Below are positions 1-10,248 of a stretch of DNA of 36,989 bases, in pieces; position 1 is the first letter of the stretch; each line of letters starts with the position of its first letter. The DNA comes from a virus. Lineage: Duplodnaviria > Caudoviricetes. The stretch is from IMG/VR virus record IMGVR_UViG_3300033475_000096, positions 1-36,989 of that record. One strand, written 5' to 3'. The position numbers were made by a program, and so were the translations under genes. The notes under the pieces are model-generated. The model saw only the letters and a list, made by a program, of their open reading frames with translations. It was not told the origin of the DNA and ran no database searches.

Positions 1-63
1 CCTAAGCTTGGAGGCGAGGCAATAAACCAAGGAACCAAAGCCGAAGTCTTCTTTGGTAGATAA
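1..63 (+). CDS. Probable extreme C-terminus of the large terminase (wraps from the window end)
   Basis: Frame 1 is open to TAA at 61-63 (PKLGGEAINQGTKAEVFFGR) and is followed by a terminator. TerL runs off the right end in a compatible frame. Confidence 0.45.
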   Translation, partial: PKLGGEAINQGTKAEVFFGR

Positions 64-89
64 TAACTAGTAAAATAAAATTTGTCATT

Positions 90-123
90 TGGAAATATGA
101 TTTTCATATTTCCATTTTTTTTT
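90..123 (+). terminator. Rho-independent terminator after terL
   Basis: TGGAAATATGA-ttt-TCATATTTCCA 11-bp stem followed by a T run. Confidence 0.7.
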
Positions 124-474
124 GTATAGGCAATTGCCGAACCGCTAAAGGGCGTGCACTCAGATTTGCACAAAAGCGTAAAAAAATCGACCTTTAAAGA
201 GGCAAATTTTTGTTATTCAAATAGATAATTAATTAAAAATCAGAATAGTTTATATTTATGGAACGTCTTTCTTTTTATTGTGCTGAAGAGAATAGTGTTT
301 TAACCTTAGGGTAAATAAATATATAGTTACCATAACTATTTTGAAGGTCAAATTCTATTAGGGAAAGACCGTTACGAGGAATGGCAGTCAATAAGTGGGA
401 ATTCTCAAGCGCAAAAAAAGTTTATTGAATCATTACAATTGATTTTTAGGAAAGAAATTAATTAAAAATTTTCC

Positions 475-519
475 TAACGCCTCCGTTACTAGATAAGCCT
501 ATCTAATTTTTGACATTTG
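475..519 (+). promoter_or_regulatory. Putative late promoter (copy 1)
   Basis: TAACGCCTCCGTTACTA at 475-491, then 20 nt, then GACATTTG (TAnnTTTG-like). The same layout occurs at 25614, 30870 and 34311. Confidence 0.65.
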
Positions 520-523
520 ACCT

Positions 524-826
524 ATGCAAATAGACATAGGTTCTGTCCTTAAGCAATCCCAAATAACTCACGAAAACGGTTCGCCCGTTTCATTTCGTTT
601 AGAATTCATTAAAGAAGATGGTTCTGTTCGCTTAATTACAAAAGCAAGGCGATTCGTTAAGCCAGAGCGCGCCTATGTTAATGCTTCTGAGAAATCAAAA
701 TCTAAAACGCTATATAATCTTAAAAAGAATAATGCTATTCTCATTTATGATGAAGAAGCGCAAACCCATAAGACTATAAAAATTTCTAGAATTACTAAGT
801 TCAACGGTATAACTGTTCGTCATTAA
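524..826 (+). CDS. Hypothetical phage protein preceding portal
   Basis: 100-aa ORF, coupled to the portal gene by a TAATG overlap. Confidence 0.8.
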   Translation: MQIDIGSVLKQSQITHENGSPVSFRLEFIKEDGSVRLITKARRFVKPERAYVNASEKSKSKTLYNLKKNNAILIYDEEAQTHKTIKISRITKFNGITVRH

Positions 827-2115
827 TGAATAGGGCTACTATAAATAAAAATTCCGGTCAGGCTATAGAAGTATTTTACTCTTCTAATCCTTATCCTGTT
901 GGTGTTTACGAATATGTAGACAGTGGTTTGCCTGGCGAAGTTGGCAAAAGGTTTAACGAAGGAAGGCCTTGGTATAATTGGGGCTCAGACAATCTTTTTC
1001 CAAATGAAATTTTTGAACTTGTTTATAAAAACGATATCAAGCCAGAGTTAATTAAACAGCAAGTTGATTTAATTCTTGGAAAAGGCGTTTTTACTTATAA
1101 GGAAGTTATAGATCCGTCCACAGGGAAAAAGGATATTCAGTTTGTTGAAGATCCTATTATTAAATCCTTCTTAAGAAGAAATAGAATTGCGCATTTCCTG
1201 CGCGAAAGGACGCATAACCTTGAGCTTTCAGGCAATGCCTTTACGCAAATGGTATTCGATGGCAACAATCATGTACAAGGGATTAAGAACGAACCCTTTC
1301 AAGATTGTAGAGCTGAATACATAAGCCCTTTACATGGCCGCATTATGAATTACTATCTATGCGGAGATTGGAGGAACCCACGTTGGGACCCTAAGAAGCC
1401 ACAGGAAGGAACTATTGCTAAGATTCCGGCCTTTGATAGGCACGATCCACAGGCCTATGATAAATGTTTGCATCATTCGAAGTACTATCTTCCTGGACAG
1501 GATTATTATTCTTTCCCAATATGGTACTTTGGAACCTTGCCTTGGGCACAGCTTAGTACTGAGATAAGTAAATTCCAGCTTGCTAACTTGAAAAACGGAA
1601 TGTCTATCCGCTTTCATGTTAAGATTCCTAAATCATACTTCGATCAGTTTGAGCCAGAGAAAAGAGAAGCTAAGAAAGGAGAGATCCAAGACCAGTTGGA
1701 CGACATGCTTTCAGGTTCAACTAACGCTTCAAAGACTTTCTTTAGTTATGTTGAATCAATTGGAGGTACTACGGTTCAGGGCTGGGATATTATACCAATT
1801 ACGCACGACAGTAAGGACGAAACTTTCTTAAAGACATTCGATGTTTCCAGCCGGGCAAATTCAAGAGGGCACGGCATACACCCGTTATTATCTGGGATTG
1901 ATATTCAAGGAAACTTAGGAAGCGGTTCGGAGATATTGAACTTATACAATTACCACGTATCTATTAAAACAGTTGGACAGCGCGACGTAGTTCTCGAGAT
2001 CCTATATGATATTCAAGAGATTAACGGCTGGGACCCTGATATTAAGTTTGGAATCGAATATGTGCAAATGACTACTACCGACAAAAACCCAACAGGCAAA
2101 CAACCTGTGGCATAG
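826..2115 (+). CDS. Portal protein
   Basis: 429 aa downstream of terL. Contains WGSDNLFP, LELSGNAF, YYSFPIW and GSTNASK segments typical of Bacteroidota phage portals. Confidence 0.85.
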   Translation: MNRATINKNSGQAIEVFYSSNPYPVGVYEYVDSGLPGEVGKRFNEGRPWYNWGSDNLFPNEIFELVYKNDIKPELIKQQVDLILGKGVFTYKEVIDPSTGKKDIQFVEDPIIKSFLRRNRIAHFLRERTHNLELSGNAFTQMVFDGNNHVQGIKNEPFQDCRAEYISPLHGRIMNYYLCGDWRNPRWDPKKPQEGTIAKIPAFDRHDPQAYDKCLHHSKYYLPGQDYYSFPIWYFGTLPWAQLSTEISKFQLANLKNGMSIRFHVKIPKSYFDQFEPEKREAKKGEIQDQLDDMLSGSTNASKTFFSYVESIGGTTVQGWDIIPITHDSKDETFLKTFDVSSRANSRGHGIHPLLSGIDIQGNLGSGSEILNLYNYHVSIKTVGQRDVVLEILYDIQEINGWDPDIKFGIEYVQMTTTDKNPTGKQPVA

Positions 2116-2118
2116 CTT

Positions 2119-2367
2119 ATGAGAATTAACTTAAATATTTTATTCCTCACTGTGTTTTTTTCCATTGCTTCTATTAGGGAAGTAGAGGCTAGTAAAAAAT
2201 TTGTTATGCAATATTTTTACAGCCACAAGAAAAATAAGCACAGCGACAAAAAGGTAAAAGATCTTAAGAGAAGGAAAAGAAGACAGGTTTATAGAACCTT
2301 GGGCGTTCCTACATTTTCATTTCTTACAAAATTTAAAATAGCAAGGCGCAATGTCTCTATTTATTAA
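2119..2367 (+). CDS. Small hypothetical protein with hydrophobic N-terminus and basic C-terminus
   Basis: Fills the gap between portal and the next gene. Signal-like N-terminus and KRRKRR tract. Confidence 0.5.
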   Translation: MRINLNILFLTVFFSIASIREVEASKKFVMQYFYSHKKNKHSDKKVKDLKRRKRRQVYRTLGVPTFSFLTKFKIARRNVSIY

Positions 2368-3331
2368 CACCGATCAGATAAAGGCTTATGCTTCTCGTAT
2401 TGCAAAGAATATGTCTTTCAATACCTTACAGCCTATTGTAGAGTATTGTGAGATACAATATATTATTCCTTATATCGGGCAATCATTTTTTGATGAATTA
2501 GACGCAGCTTTTGCCGCAACTCCTACACAACAACAAACTGATATTATAAAACAACTTCAAAGGGCGTTGGCGCATTATGTGTCATACGAGGCAATGAAAG
2601 AAACAAGTGCCACTATATCAGACGCGGGAGTACTTGAAAATCTTCCGGAGAAAGCAAGCCTTTCCCGCCAGTGGGTATTTAATTCAAGTCTTTGGAATTC
2701 ATTAACGAAGGCAGATCTTCTTTTTGATAAGGCTTTAAAATACTTAGAGGACAATGAAAACGATTATGCAACATGGAAGGCTTCTGACGAATATTCCATT
2801 TCAAGAGAACTGTTTATAAATAAAACTTCAGAGTTTTCAGAGTTCGTTCCTATTGGCGATTCCCGTAGGGCCTTCTTAAAAATTCGTCCGTTCATTGCAC
2901 TTGTAGAGGAAAAAGTATTTGTTTCCGCACTAGGACAGGATATGTACGACGAACTTAAGGCACAGCTTAAGACAGAGACATTAACCGCAGACAATAGCAA
3001 GCTTCTTTATAATTACATACAAAGGCCGTTGGCTCATTTCGCATTTGTAGAAGCACTCCCTAACATGACATTGGACATAAGCGGCAACGGCATTAAGATA
3101 GTAAGTTCTTCAGACGGAAATATTTCTTCCATGGTTGCCACTGATAACCAACGAATGGAAATAGGAACCTCTAACTTAAATAACGGAAATACATTCCTTT
3201 CTAAAATGAAAGAATTTATTGAAGCAAACGCCGCTTTATATCCTACATACCAGGCAAGTACAAGTTATAACAACGGACAGCCAAATATAAATATTTACGA
3301 CAATACAGGTAAGAAATCATTCTTTGTTTAA
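2351..3331 (+). CDS. Probable head-tail adaptor (DUF6712-like)
   Basis: Position after portal. Internally duplicated halves (IPYIGQSFFDEL...LQRALAHY and VSALGQDMYDEL...IQRPLAHF). Confidence 0.6.
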   Translation: MSLFINTDQIKAYASRIAKNMSFNTLQPIVEYCEIQYIIPYIGQSFFDELDAAFAATPTQQQTDIIKQLQRALAHYVSYEAMKETSATISDAGVLENLPEKASLSRQWVFNSSLWNSLTKADLLFDKALKYLEDNENDYATWKASDEYSISRELFINKTSEFSEFVPIGDSRRAFLKIRPFIALVEEKVFVSALGQDMYDELKAQLKTETLTADNSKLLYNYIQRPLAHFAFVEALPNMTLDISGNGIKIVSSSDGNISSMVATDNQRMEIGTSNLNNGNTFLSKMKEFIEANAALYPTYQASTSYNNGQPNINIYDNTGKKSFFV

Positions 3332-3335
3332 AACT

Positions 3336-3566
3336 ATGTCAAATCATTCAGAAGGTGCAAACAGCATATTTGCTTTTTTAAAAGTGGTAGGGATTTTTAT
3401 TATAAACCTTACTATATCAGAGATACATGAACTACTTGGTATTGTAAGCTTTGTTATTTCCATTGTCTATATAGCATTTAAACTTTATGTTGATTTCCAT
3501 AAATGGAAATTTTTCAAAAATAAAACACTTACTGAAAAAGAAGAAGACTATGACGGACAAGATTAA
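3336..3566 (+). CDS. Putative holin or antiholin
   Basis: Small protein with 1-2 TM helices and a charged C-terminal tail. ATG at 3336 is preferred over the TTG start at 3324. Confidence 0.6.
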   Translation: MSNHSEGANSIFAFLKVVGIFIINLTISEIHELLGIVSFVISIVYIAFKLYVDFHKWKFFKNKTLTEKEEDYDGQD

Positions 3567-4239
3567 ACACCGGGTAATAAAAGAACATCGTTCTTCAATA
3601 ATAGGAATAATAATATTCGCTTTCGACTTGCTTATGTTATTCTTACAGAAAATCGAATTTACTCATTTTCTTACTTTGTTAGGAGTTGCGTTTGTGTGCC
3701 TTGGTCTTAAAGATAAATGGCTTGGATTTAAAGGGCCTGCTATTGTTCTTTTATTTTTTATCCTATGCTCTTGCAATGCACAAAAGCACTGGTTAAGCCA
3801 TGGAATAAAAAAGGGATTTGTAAAAAAAGATTCTATTACGTCGGCCTTTGTTATTCCAGTTGATACTTCAAAAAATGATTCCCTTGTAAATAATGCTATT
3901 GATAGTATTGAAAGTAGGGTTACCAATATGCAGGAAATTGATAAAGACAGACCGATTATAAAGGCCGTGCTTAAAAAAGAACTTATTCCTGTCGCCGTTA
4001 AGATGGCCTACAAAGACACCGTTATTACAAAAGCAGACGGGACAATTATTAAAATTAAGTCTACAGATAAAGGGCTTGATGCTGAAATTATTTACCAGAA
4101 GCTTGAAGTAAAATCTATTAAAGAAATTCCTAAATGGATATGGTTTATTGTCATATTCCAGTTCGTTACTATTTTATTTTTAGGCTTTGTAATATTTAAA
4201 ATGTTTCAGGTAATTAATGCACAGCGTTATAATAAATAA
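3550..4239 (+). CDS. Putative holin-like domain fused to a unimolecular spanin-like lipoprotein
   Basis: Two N-terminal TM helices ending LGLKD, then an h-region with lipobox LCSC (Cys codon 3772-3774), a periplasmic domain and a C-terminal TM (WIWFIVIFQFVTILFLGFVIF). Confidence 0.55.
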   Translation: MTDKIKHRVIKEHRSSIIGIIIFAFDLLMLFLQKIEFTHFLTLLGVAFVCLGLKDKWLGFKGPAIVLLFFILCSCNAQKHWLSHGIKKGFVKKDSITSAFVIPVDTSKNDSLVNNAIDSIESRVTNMQEIDKDRPIIKAVLKKELIPVAVKMAYKDTVITKADGTIIKIKSTDKGLDAEIIYQKLEVKSIKEIPKWIWFIVIFQFVTILFLGFVIFKMFQVINAQRYNK

Positions 4240-5107
4240 GAAGCGTTACAAACTGCCTGCCAACTGGTCTGAGCTTTCTGAAGAAAAGCTATGTAAAATA
4301 ATATATCACATTATTTCAGAAACAGGGAGCGACATTTACAGAAAGCTTAATACGTTAGGGGTTTTTATTAAATTCAATAGAAGGGTTATAAAAAGCATTG
4401 CCCCTGTTAATGCGCCTTTGTTATTAAAGTTAATAACGCCCGTGCAAATGTATTCACTTATGGAGCTTACCGACTGGCTTTTCAATACCTTTCCGGATAG
4501 CCCTACTATAAAAGCATTCAGGATATTAGGAACTAAATATATTGCACCAAAGGCAAAGCTTTCAAACTGCGTGTTTGTGGAATTTGCCTTTGCAGATTCT
4601 TACTTTGAAAAGTATATCAGTACAAGAGATATTAAAGACCTTAATAAGCTCATAGCCTGCCTTTACAGGCCTCGTAAAAATTTAATATCAAGAATATTTA
4701 AACCCTTTTGTAAAGATCAAAGAGTTGCTTTCGACGATTCACAGATAGAACGGCACGCCAATAAAATTGACCGCTTCATATCTTTAGAAAAGAGATTTTG
4801 TATACTTCTGTTTTATATCGGATGCCGCAAGTTTATGTCAAAGCAATTTGCGGTATTATTTGAATCAGATTTTACAGACGATCCGGAATTACCAGAAGAG
4901 ATGAGGGCGCAGCTAAAAGAACAACAAAAGCAAAAAAGCAAAGAATATAATTTTGGTTGGCACGGACTTTTAAATAACATCTCAAAGTCCGGCCAGTATG
5001 GCGACTATGAGAAAACAAAATACGCAGATCTTCATACGGTTCTTTATAATCTTTGCATTGATTTAATCCAGGCTAAAAACAGAGAAGATAAAAATGTTAA
5101 TCACTGA
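4217..5107 (+). CDS. Tail morphogenesis protein (possible tail assembly chaperone)
   Basis: 296 aa with an LPANWSELS N-terminus, located in the tail operon. Confidence 0.45.
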   Translation: MHSVIINKKRYKLPANWSELSEEKLCKIIYHIISETGSDIYRKLNTLGVFIKFNRRVIKSIAPVNAPLLLKLITPVQMYSLMELTDWLFNTFPDSPTIKAFRILGTKYIAPKAKLSNCVFVEFAFADSYFEKYISTRDIKDLNKLIACLYRPRKNLISRIFKPFCKDQRVAFDDSQIERHANKIDRFISLEKRFCILLFYIGCRKFMSKQFAVLFESDFTDDPELPEEMRAQLKEQQKQKSKEYNFGWHGLLNNISKSGQYGDYEKTKYADLHTVLYNLCIDLIQAKNREDKNVNH

Positions 5108-5573
5108 TCCGGCTAGTTACGAAAGTTATTTTGAATCTATTGCAAAAACGGGAACGCCAAAACTTACCGCCTTGCAGGACTTCTATACAGGCGGCGTAAA
5201 TGAAATACAGCAATCTATTTTAAGTGATTTATCTTATCCGTGCTTATGGCTTGAAAGTCCTTCAGTACCTATGTCAGGCATAGGAAGGGATAACGAGAAT
5301 GTAATGTTCATGGGTGCCTTTGTTATTTTAATTAATTGCGATCCTAATGACTTTGCCTTAAAGAGATCCCTTCAACAGCAAGCTTTCGTTATTGCCTGTG
5401 ATGTTATTTCGAAAATGAAAGAAGACTATATAAACAGAGATTTAAATATAGACCCAAGCTTTACGCTCGATCCTATAGACTCAATGCTTATTGATTCATG
5501 CGCAGGGTATAGGGTAGAGTTTAAAATAAATAATTCCTTTAGTATTTGTTATGATGACTCTAAATGGTCTTAG
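5094..5573 (+). CDS. Putative tail terminator/completion protein
   Basis: 159 aa, acidic, with a YPCLWLE strand and GYRVEF near the C-terminus; tail operon context. Confidence 0.5.
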   Translation: MLITDPASYESYFESIAKTGTPKLTALQDFYTGGVNEIQQSILSDLSYPCLWLESPSVPMSGIGRDNENVMFMGAFVILINCDPNDFALKRSLQQQAFVIACDVISKMKEDYINRDLNIDPSFTLDPIDSMLIDSCAGYRVEFKINNSFSICYDDSKWS

Positions 5574-5577
5574 TTAA

Positions 5578-7170
5578 ATGCTTACAATTACACAACAGCC
5601 AAACGAAATAGTACAATCTAAGAATCCTGTAATATTTAAAATACAGACGGATAATTATGTTTTAACCCAAGGCGTAAATGCTGTTTACGGGTTTATTGGT
5701 TTTGATTCTCCTAATGTCGGAGATACCTTAACCCTTCAATGGGATTCCAAAACCGTTGTATTTACTTTTGCTACAGCATTAGATAGTTCAGGACTTAAGA
5801 TAAGAACAAATACGGGAGGGCTAGACTATAACGATTATGTTTCAAATATTCTTCTTCAGGATATTCGCACAAATAATGATTTGTATTCTGATTTTATAAT
5901 TGAAGTAGGAATAAACACTTATTTTGCCGTAATTATTTTTACAGCAAGAAACACGGGTACAAAGTACAACCTTACCATAACAAGTACAGTTAGCGGGTTT
6001 TCAACAATATCCCCAACCTTTGGAGTAGATAAAACGGTAAGAGATAACTTTAAAATATTTATAGATCTATATCTTATTGATAATAATATTACTTACGCAA
6101 ATCCACAACTTTCGCACTATGCAAAAATAGTTTCTCTAGAGCAGATTCCGGATAGCTCAAATATTTGCACCTTTGATCTTTCTTCTTTCCTGGACGATTA
6201 CGTTATCGCTTCAAAACCAAGCGACCCTTCAAAGAATATAGTATCAGGAATTAATTATTCAACCAAAACGGCTTTGAAATATTTTATAAGATATGGTGAA
6301 TCTTATAACAATCCGTCCGAAAACTTTATCACGCTAGATACCTCTTCTTCTCCTAAATATATTTGCAGAGGCGGGGTTGAAAAATTTACATTCCCTTCTT
6401 ATTCCTTCTATACCGATGCGGTAACAAACAAGAGATCACTTCTAACTACCCAGCCGGATACAAGGTATATTACACTGAATACTTATGCCTGGCTATACTT
6501 CCTTTGCCTTTCCTCCAATGGAGGACCTAAGCTTTATGTTAAAACTTATTATTCTGATAATACAACCCAGGACGGAACTATTACTTCAGCCTATACCTAT
6601 CAGAATAAATACAACGTTATTATTCTTCCGGTTGGCTACAATGCCCTTAAGGATGCGGGAATGTTTAATAGTGCGAAAACACTGGTTAAATATGAAGTAA
6701 CATGCTACGACAGCACGGTAACTATTCCGTTGTCTCAGACAATTACCTATATTATAGATAGCCTTAATTATGAATACGAAAGACTATTCAAATATGAAAA
6801 TAGTCGTGGAGGATTTGATATTCTCCGGTGCGTAGGTCCGCAATCTGTTACTTCTACTTATGACTTTGACGAAGCTATAAAAACAACACCTGCGGGTTAT
6901 ACTTCAGACTTTCAGGAAGAAGTTACTTTTAACAATACAAAAAAAGAAATATTCAAAATCTCAACTGGATTTCAAACCAAGGCAACAATACAGTCTTATG
7001 AAGATTTCTTTTTATCAAAGAATGTTTTTCTTATTAACAATCAAAATAAATATATCCCTGTTAAAGTAACCTCTAAGAAAACAGAATTACCGGGCGACCT
7101 TTCCGATACTTTTGCCATTGCATTTGAATATGAATACGCCTTTACAGACTTAGCTTATTCTAATATCTAA
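5578..7170 (+). CDS. Tail/baseplate structural protein (distal-tail-like)
   Basis: Beta-rich and T/S/Y-rich. C-terminal FKYENSRGGFD...STGF...DFFLSKNV segment seen in Bacteroidota phage tail proteins. Confidence 0.6.
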   Translation: MLTITQQPNEIVQSKNPVIFKIQTDNYVLTQGVNAVYGFIGFDSPNVGDTLTLQWDSKTVVFTFATALDSSGLKIRTNTGGLDYNDYVSNILLQDIRTNNDLYSDFIIEVGINTYFAVIIFTARNTGTKYNLTITSTVSGFSTISPTFGVDKTVRDNFKIFIDLYLIDNNITYANPQLSHYAKIVSLEQIPDSSNICTFDLSSFLDDYVIASKPSDPSKNIVSGINYSTKTALKYFIRYGESYNNPSENFITLDTSSSPKYICRGGVEKFTFPSYSFYTDAVTNKRSLLTTQPDTRYITLNTYAWLYFLCLSSNGGPKLYVKTYYSDNTTQDGTITSAYTYQNKYNVIILPVGYNALKDAGMFNSAKTLVKYEVTCYDSTVTIPLSQTITYIIDSLNYEYERLFKYENSRGGFDILRCVGPQSVTSTYDFDEAIKTTPAGYTSDFQEEVTFNNTKKEIFKISTGFQTKATIQSYEDFFLSKNVFLINNQNKYIPVKVTSKKTELPGDLSDTFAIAFEYEYAFTDLAYSNI

Positions 7171-7706
7171 TGAAGCCGACAGAAGAACAGATAAGAGATT
7201 TTGTAAATGCGACTCTTGACGAGTGGATTATTTACTGCATCTCACAGTTAAAGGCTTCTGCTAAAAAAAGAAAACTAGACCTTACGGAAGATACAATAAA
7301 CTCTATTGTAGGGCAAGTAATAAAATCAAGTGCAAGTGATCTTTCAGGGGCAGTAATTAGCTTTCTTCCTTCCGGAAGGATTAAGGACATGAAAGTTGTT
7401 ACACATACAAAACCCTTAAGCCGTGAAGTAATAGAAAATGAAATTTTAAAGTTCGTTCAGAAAATAGGCGTATCAAGATTTCAGAGAGTGCCAGGCTATA
7501 AGGGACATTTCCCTATTGAAAGCATTGCGGCGAAACGTATTGCCTGGGGCATTGGAAAGGGTATTATGAAAGGCAAATGGGTTCGCCGTGCCTGGTATGC
7601 AAAACGAATATCTGCTAATATTAAAAACCTTACCGAAAGACTTATTACCGACTATGCAACGGTAATACAAACCTCTACGGCTATGCAAATTCAAAATAAA
7701 AATTAA
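7170..7706 (+). CDS. Basic virion morphogenesis protein (neck/tail completion-like)
   Basis: 178 aa, basic, with GRIKDM and RRAWYAK motifs; directly before the tape measure gene. Confidence 0.5.
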   Translation: MKPTEEQIRDFVNATLDEWIIYCISQLKASAKKRKLDLTEDTINSIVGQVIKSSASDLSGAVISFLPSGRIKDMKVVTHTKPLSREVIENEILKFVQKIGVSRFQRVPGYKGHFPIESIAAKRIAWGIGKGIMKGKWVRRAWYAKRISANIKNLTERLITDYATVIQTSTAMQIQNKN

Positions 7707-7707
7707 A

Positions 7708-10245
7708 ATGGCACTTCAGAAAGAACAGGCACAGGTAGAAGTAATCATTAACGGCCAGAAAGCAACCGCAACTATTGCGGATATGGATAAGGCTGTCAAA
7801 ACCCTTAATACTCAAATAAGAAATCTTGAGCCAGGGACAGAGGCATTTATTAAAAAAACGGAAGAGCTACAGAAAATAAAAACTCGTCTCAATGATGTAA
7901 AAACCTCCGTGAATGGAGTAAAGCAGGAAACCGGGAATATGATAGGCCAGCTTGAAAAACTAGGACCTGCCGGGGCAATACTTGCCAATGTAAAGAATGG
8001 CTTTATGAATATTGCCGGAAGTGCGGGACAGGTTGTTAGAGCTTGCTTAACGGTATCAGGTGCAATGATTGCCATTCCTGTATTTGCTCTGGTTGCTGGT
8101 ATTACGGCCTTGGTCGCTTACTTTAAAAGTACAGACGAAGGGGCCGACAAAGTAGAACAGGCCCTTGCTGGCGTTAAGGCCGTATTTGATGTTTTGATAG
8201 GCGTTGTTTCTAAGTTTGGAGGTCTTATTGTTGATGCTTTTAAAAATCCTAAAAAAACAATAATGGACATTGCCGAATTTATAGGCAATAATATTATTAA
8301 TAGATTCACCGCCTTTAAAGTAATCCTTGAAGGAATTATTGATCTTGATTTTGAAAAATTAGCCAATGGCTTTATACAGATGGGGACAGGGGTTGAGGAT
8401 GCTACGGGCAAAGCGAAGAAATTAGGAGCCGCGCTAGAAGAAACCGTTGATAATGGCAAAAAAGCGGCACAAGCTGCAATTGATCTTACAAAAAGAACGC
8501 AAGATCTTGAAGACGCAGAAAGGGATCTGTCGGTTATAAACTCTAAAAGGAAAAATGAAATTGATACACTTTTATTAAAATATAGAGATCAGACACTTTC
8601 CGTTAAAGAGAGACAAGAAGCACTAAAAAGGGCCGGACAGATTGAGAAAGAAATGACGGAAGATTCTTTAAAGCTGGCCAATGAAAGCCTTGATATTATT
8701 AAGAAACAAAATAAACTTAAGACCGATTCGATAGAGGGCGCAAAAGTTTCTGACGAAGATAAGGATAAGCAAGCCGCGGCAGAGACTAGGATAAATGAAA
8801 TATTAGGAGAGAGAAATAAATTAAATCAGGAAATAAGAAATAGGGAATCAACATTTATAACCCAGGAGCAAAACCAAAGAAAAAAAGCGTTAGACGATCA
8901 GCAGAAGAAGGAAGAAGAGATAAGGAAAAATATTCTTAAGCTTGAAATGGATGCGCTTACCGATTCGCTTGAGGATAAAAAAAAGAAACTAAACTTACAA
9001 GCTACAGAAGAAATAAATCAGCTTAAAGGAACTGAAGAGCAAAAGGCTATTCAGAAAAAATCAATTGAACAAAAATTAGCCTATGATATTGCAGCCATTG
9101 AAAAACAAGCCGCAGACGATGCGCTAAAAGTAAAGCAAGAAAATGACAAAAAAGCCTACGATATAGAAAAGCGTAGCGCACTTGCAAAGGCTCAGCTAAT
9201 GGTAGACACCGCAGGAAACCCAGACGATCTATTAGCCGCACAAAAAAACCAATTGGAGCTTCAGCAAAAGTACGAGCTAGACAATACAGATCTTACAGAA
9301 AACGAAAAAGCTTTAATAAAACAAAAATACAGGCAACAACAAGCAGACGCAGAAGAGCAAGCCAGACAAGCCCGTATACAGGCAGAGAAACAAACAGCCG
9401 AACAAATAGGAGGCCTTGCACAACAAGGCATTCAGGATATTGAAGATTTTAGTCATATAAAAAATCAAAAGCAACTTACCGAAATTGATCAGACTAAAAA
9501 TAAAAGAATTGCCACTTTAGACGCAGATCTTAAGGCCCGTAAAATTACAGATGAACAATACAACAAAGCCAAAGCCGAAGCGGAGGCCGAAGCGGATAAA
9601 AAATCTAAAGCCATAAAGCAACGTCAGGCGCAAGGCGACAAAAGGGCCGCTGTTGTTTCGGCAATTATCAATACTTTTCTTTCGACAATAAAGGCTCTTC
9701 CTAATATTCCGTTGGCCATAGCCGCCGCCGCTACTGGCGCAGTGGCAACGGCTAAAATTATTGCAACACCATTGCCGACATTTAAATTTGGTGGATGGCT
9801 AAAAAGCGCATGGGCTGGGTTAAAATCTTTTTTCAATGGTGGAATTATAAGAGGATCAAAGCACGGGCCTACCTATGGAAGCGGCGGTATTGCAATGGTA
9901 GATAGAATTACAGGCCATGAAAAAGGAGAGCTACAGGGAGACGAGATTATACTTACTTCTGGTGTTACCAATAATCCGCGCCTTCGGGCCGAAGCAAGCC
10001 GCCTAAATGTTGCAGGCGGCGGCAGATCTTTTGCAAGCGGCGGCACGCTTGTCGATTCCCGCCTTCCTTCTGCAAATACTACCGATCAGGCCCAAAGCAA
10101 TATGGACGTACTTATTGCCTCTGTTAACCAGGTAAACAACTCTATTGTAAACTTCAATAGAACCCTTAAGGCCTACGTGGTACTTCAGGAGATCAACGAC
10201 GCACAGGATACCCTTTCCGCAGTTACGAACGATGCAAAATTATAA
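7708..10245 (+). CDS. Tail tape measure protein
   Basis: 845 aa with long A/E/K/Q coiled-coil regions, two hydrophobic Ala-rich segments and an F-x-x-GG-rich C-terminus. Confidence 0.9.
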   Translation: MALQKEQAQVEVIINGQKATATIADMDKAVKTLNTQIRNLEPGTEAFIKKTEELQKIKTRLNDVKTSVNGVKQETGNMIGQLEKLGPAGAILANVKNGFMNIAGSAGQVVRACLTVSGAMIAIPVFALVAGITALVAYFKSTDEGADKVEQALAGVKAVFDVLIGVVSKFGGLIVDAFKNPKKTIMDIAEFIGNNIINRFTAFKVILEGIIDLDFEKLANGFIQMGTGVEDATGKAKKLGAALEETVDNGKKAAQAAIDLTKRTQDLEDAERDLSVINSKRKNEIDTLLLKYRDQTLSVKERQEALKRAGQIEKEMTEDSLKLANESLDIIKKQNKLKTDSIEGAKVSDEDKDKQAAAETRINEILGERNKLNQEIRNRESTFITQEQNQRKKALDDQQKKEEEIRKNILKLEMDALTDSLEDKKKKLNLQATEEINQLKGTEEQKAIQKKSIEQKLAYDIAAIEKQAADDALKVKQENDKKAYDIEKRSALAKAQLMVDTAGNPDDLLAAQKNQLELQQKYELDNTDLTENEKALIKQKYRQQQADAEEQARQARIQAEKQTAEQIGGLAQQGIQDIEDFSHIKNQKQLTEIDQTKNKRIATLDADLKARKITDEQYNKAKAEAEAEADKKSKAIKQRQAQGDKRAAVVSAIINTFLSTIKALPNIPLAIAAAATGAVATAKIIATPLPTFKFGGWLKSAWAGLKSFFNGGIIRGSKHGPTYGSGGIAMVDRITGHEKGELQGDEIILTSGVTNNPRLRAEASRLNVAGGGRSFASGGTLVDSRLPSANTTDQAQSNMDVLIASVNQVNNSIVNFNRTLKAYVVLQEINDAQDTLSAVTNDAKL

Positions 10246-10248
10246 GCT

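Noticed and set aside
4217-7706. Programmed tail-chaperone frameshift before the tape measure gene
   Set aside because: No overlapping ORF pair with a convincing slippery site was identified by eye.
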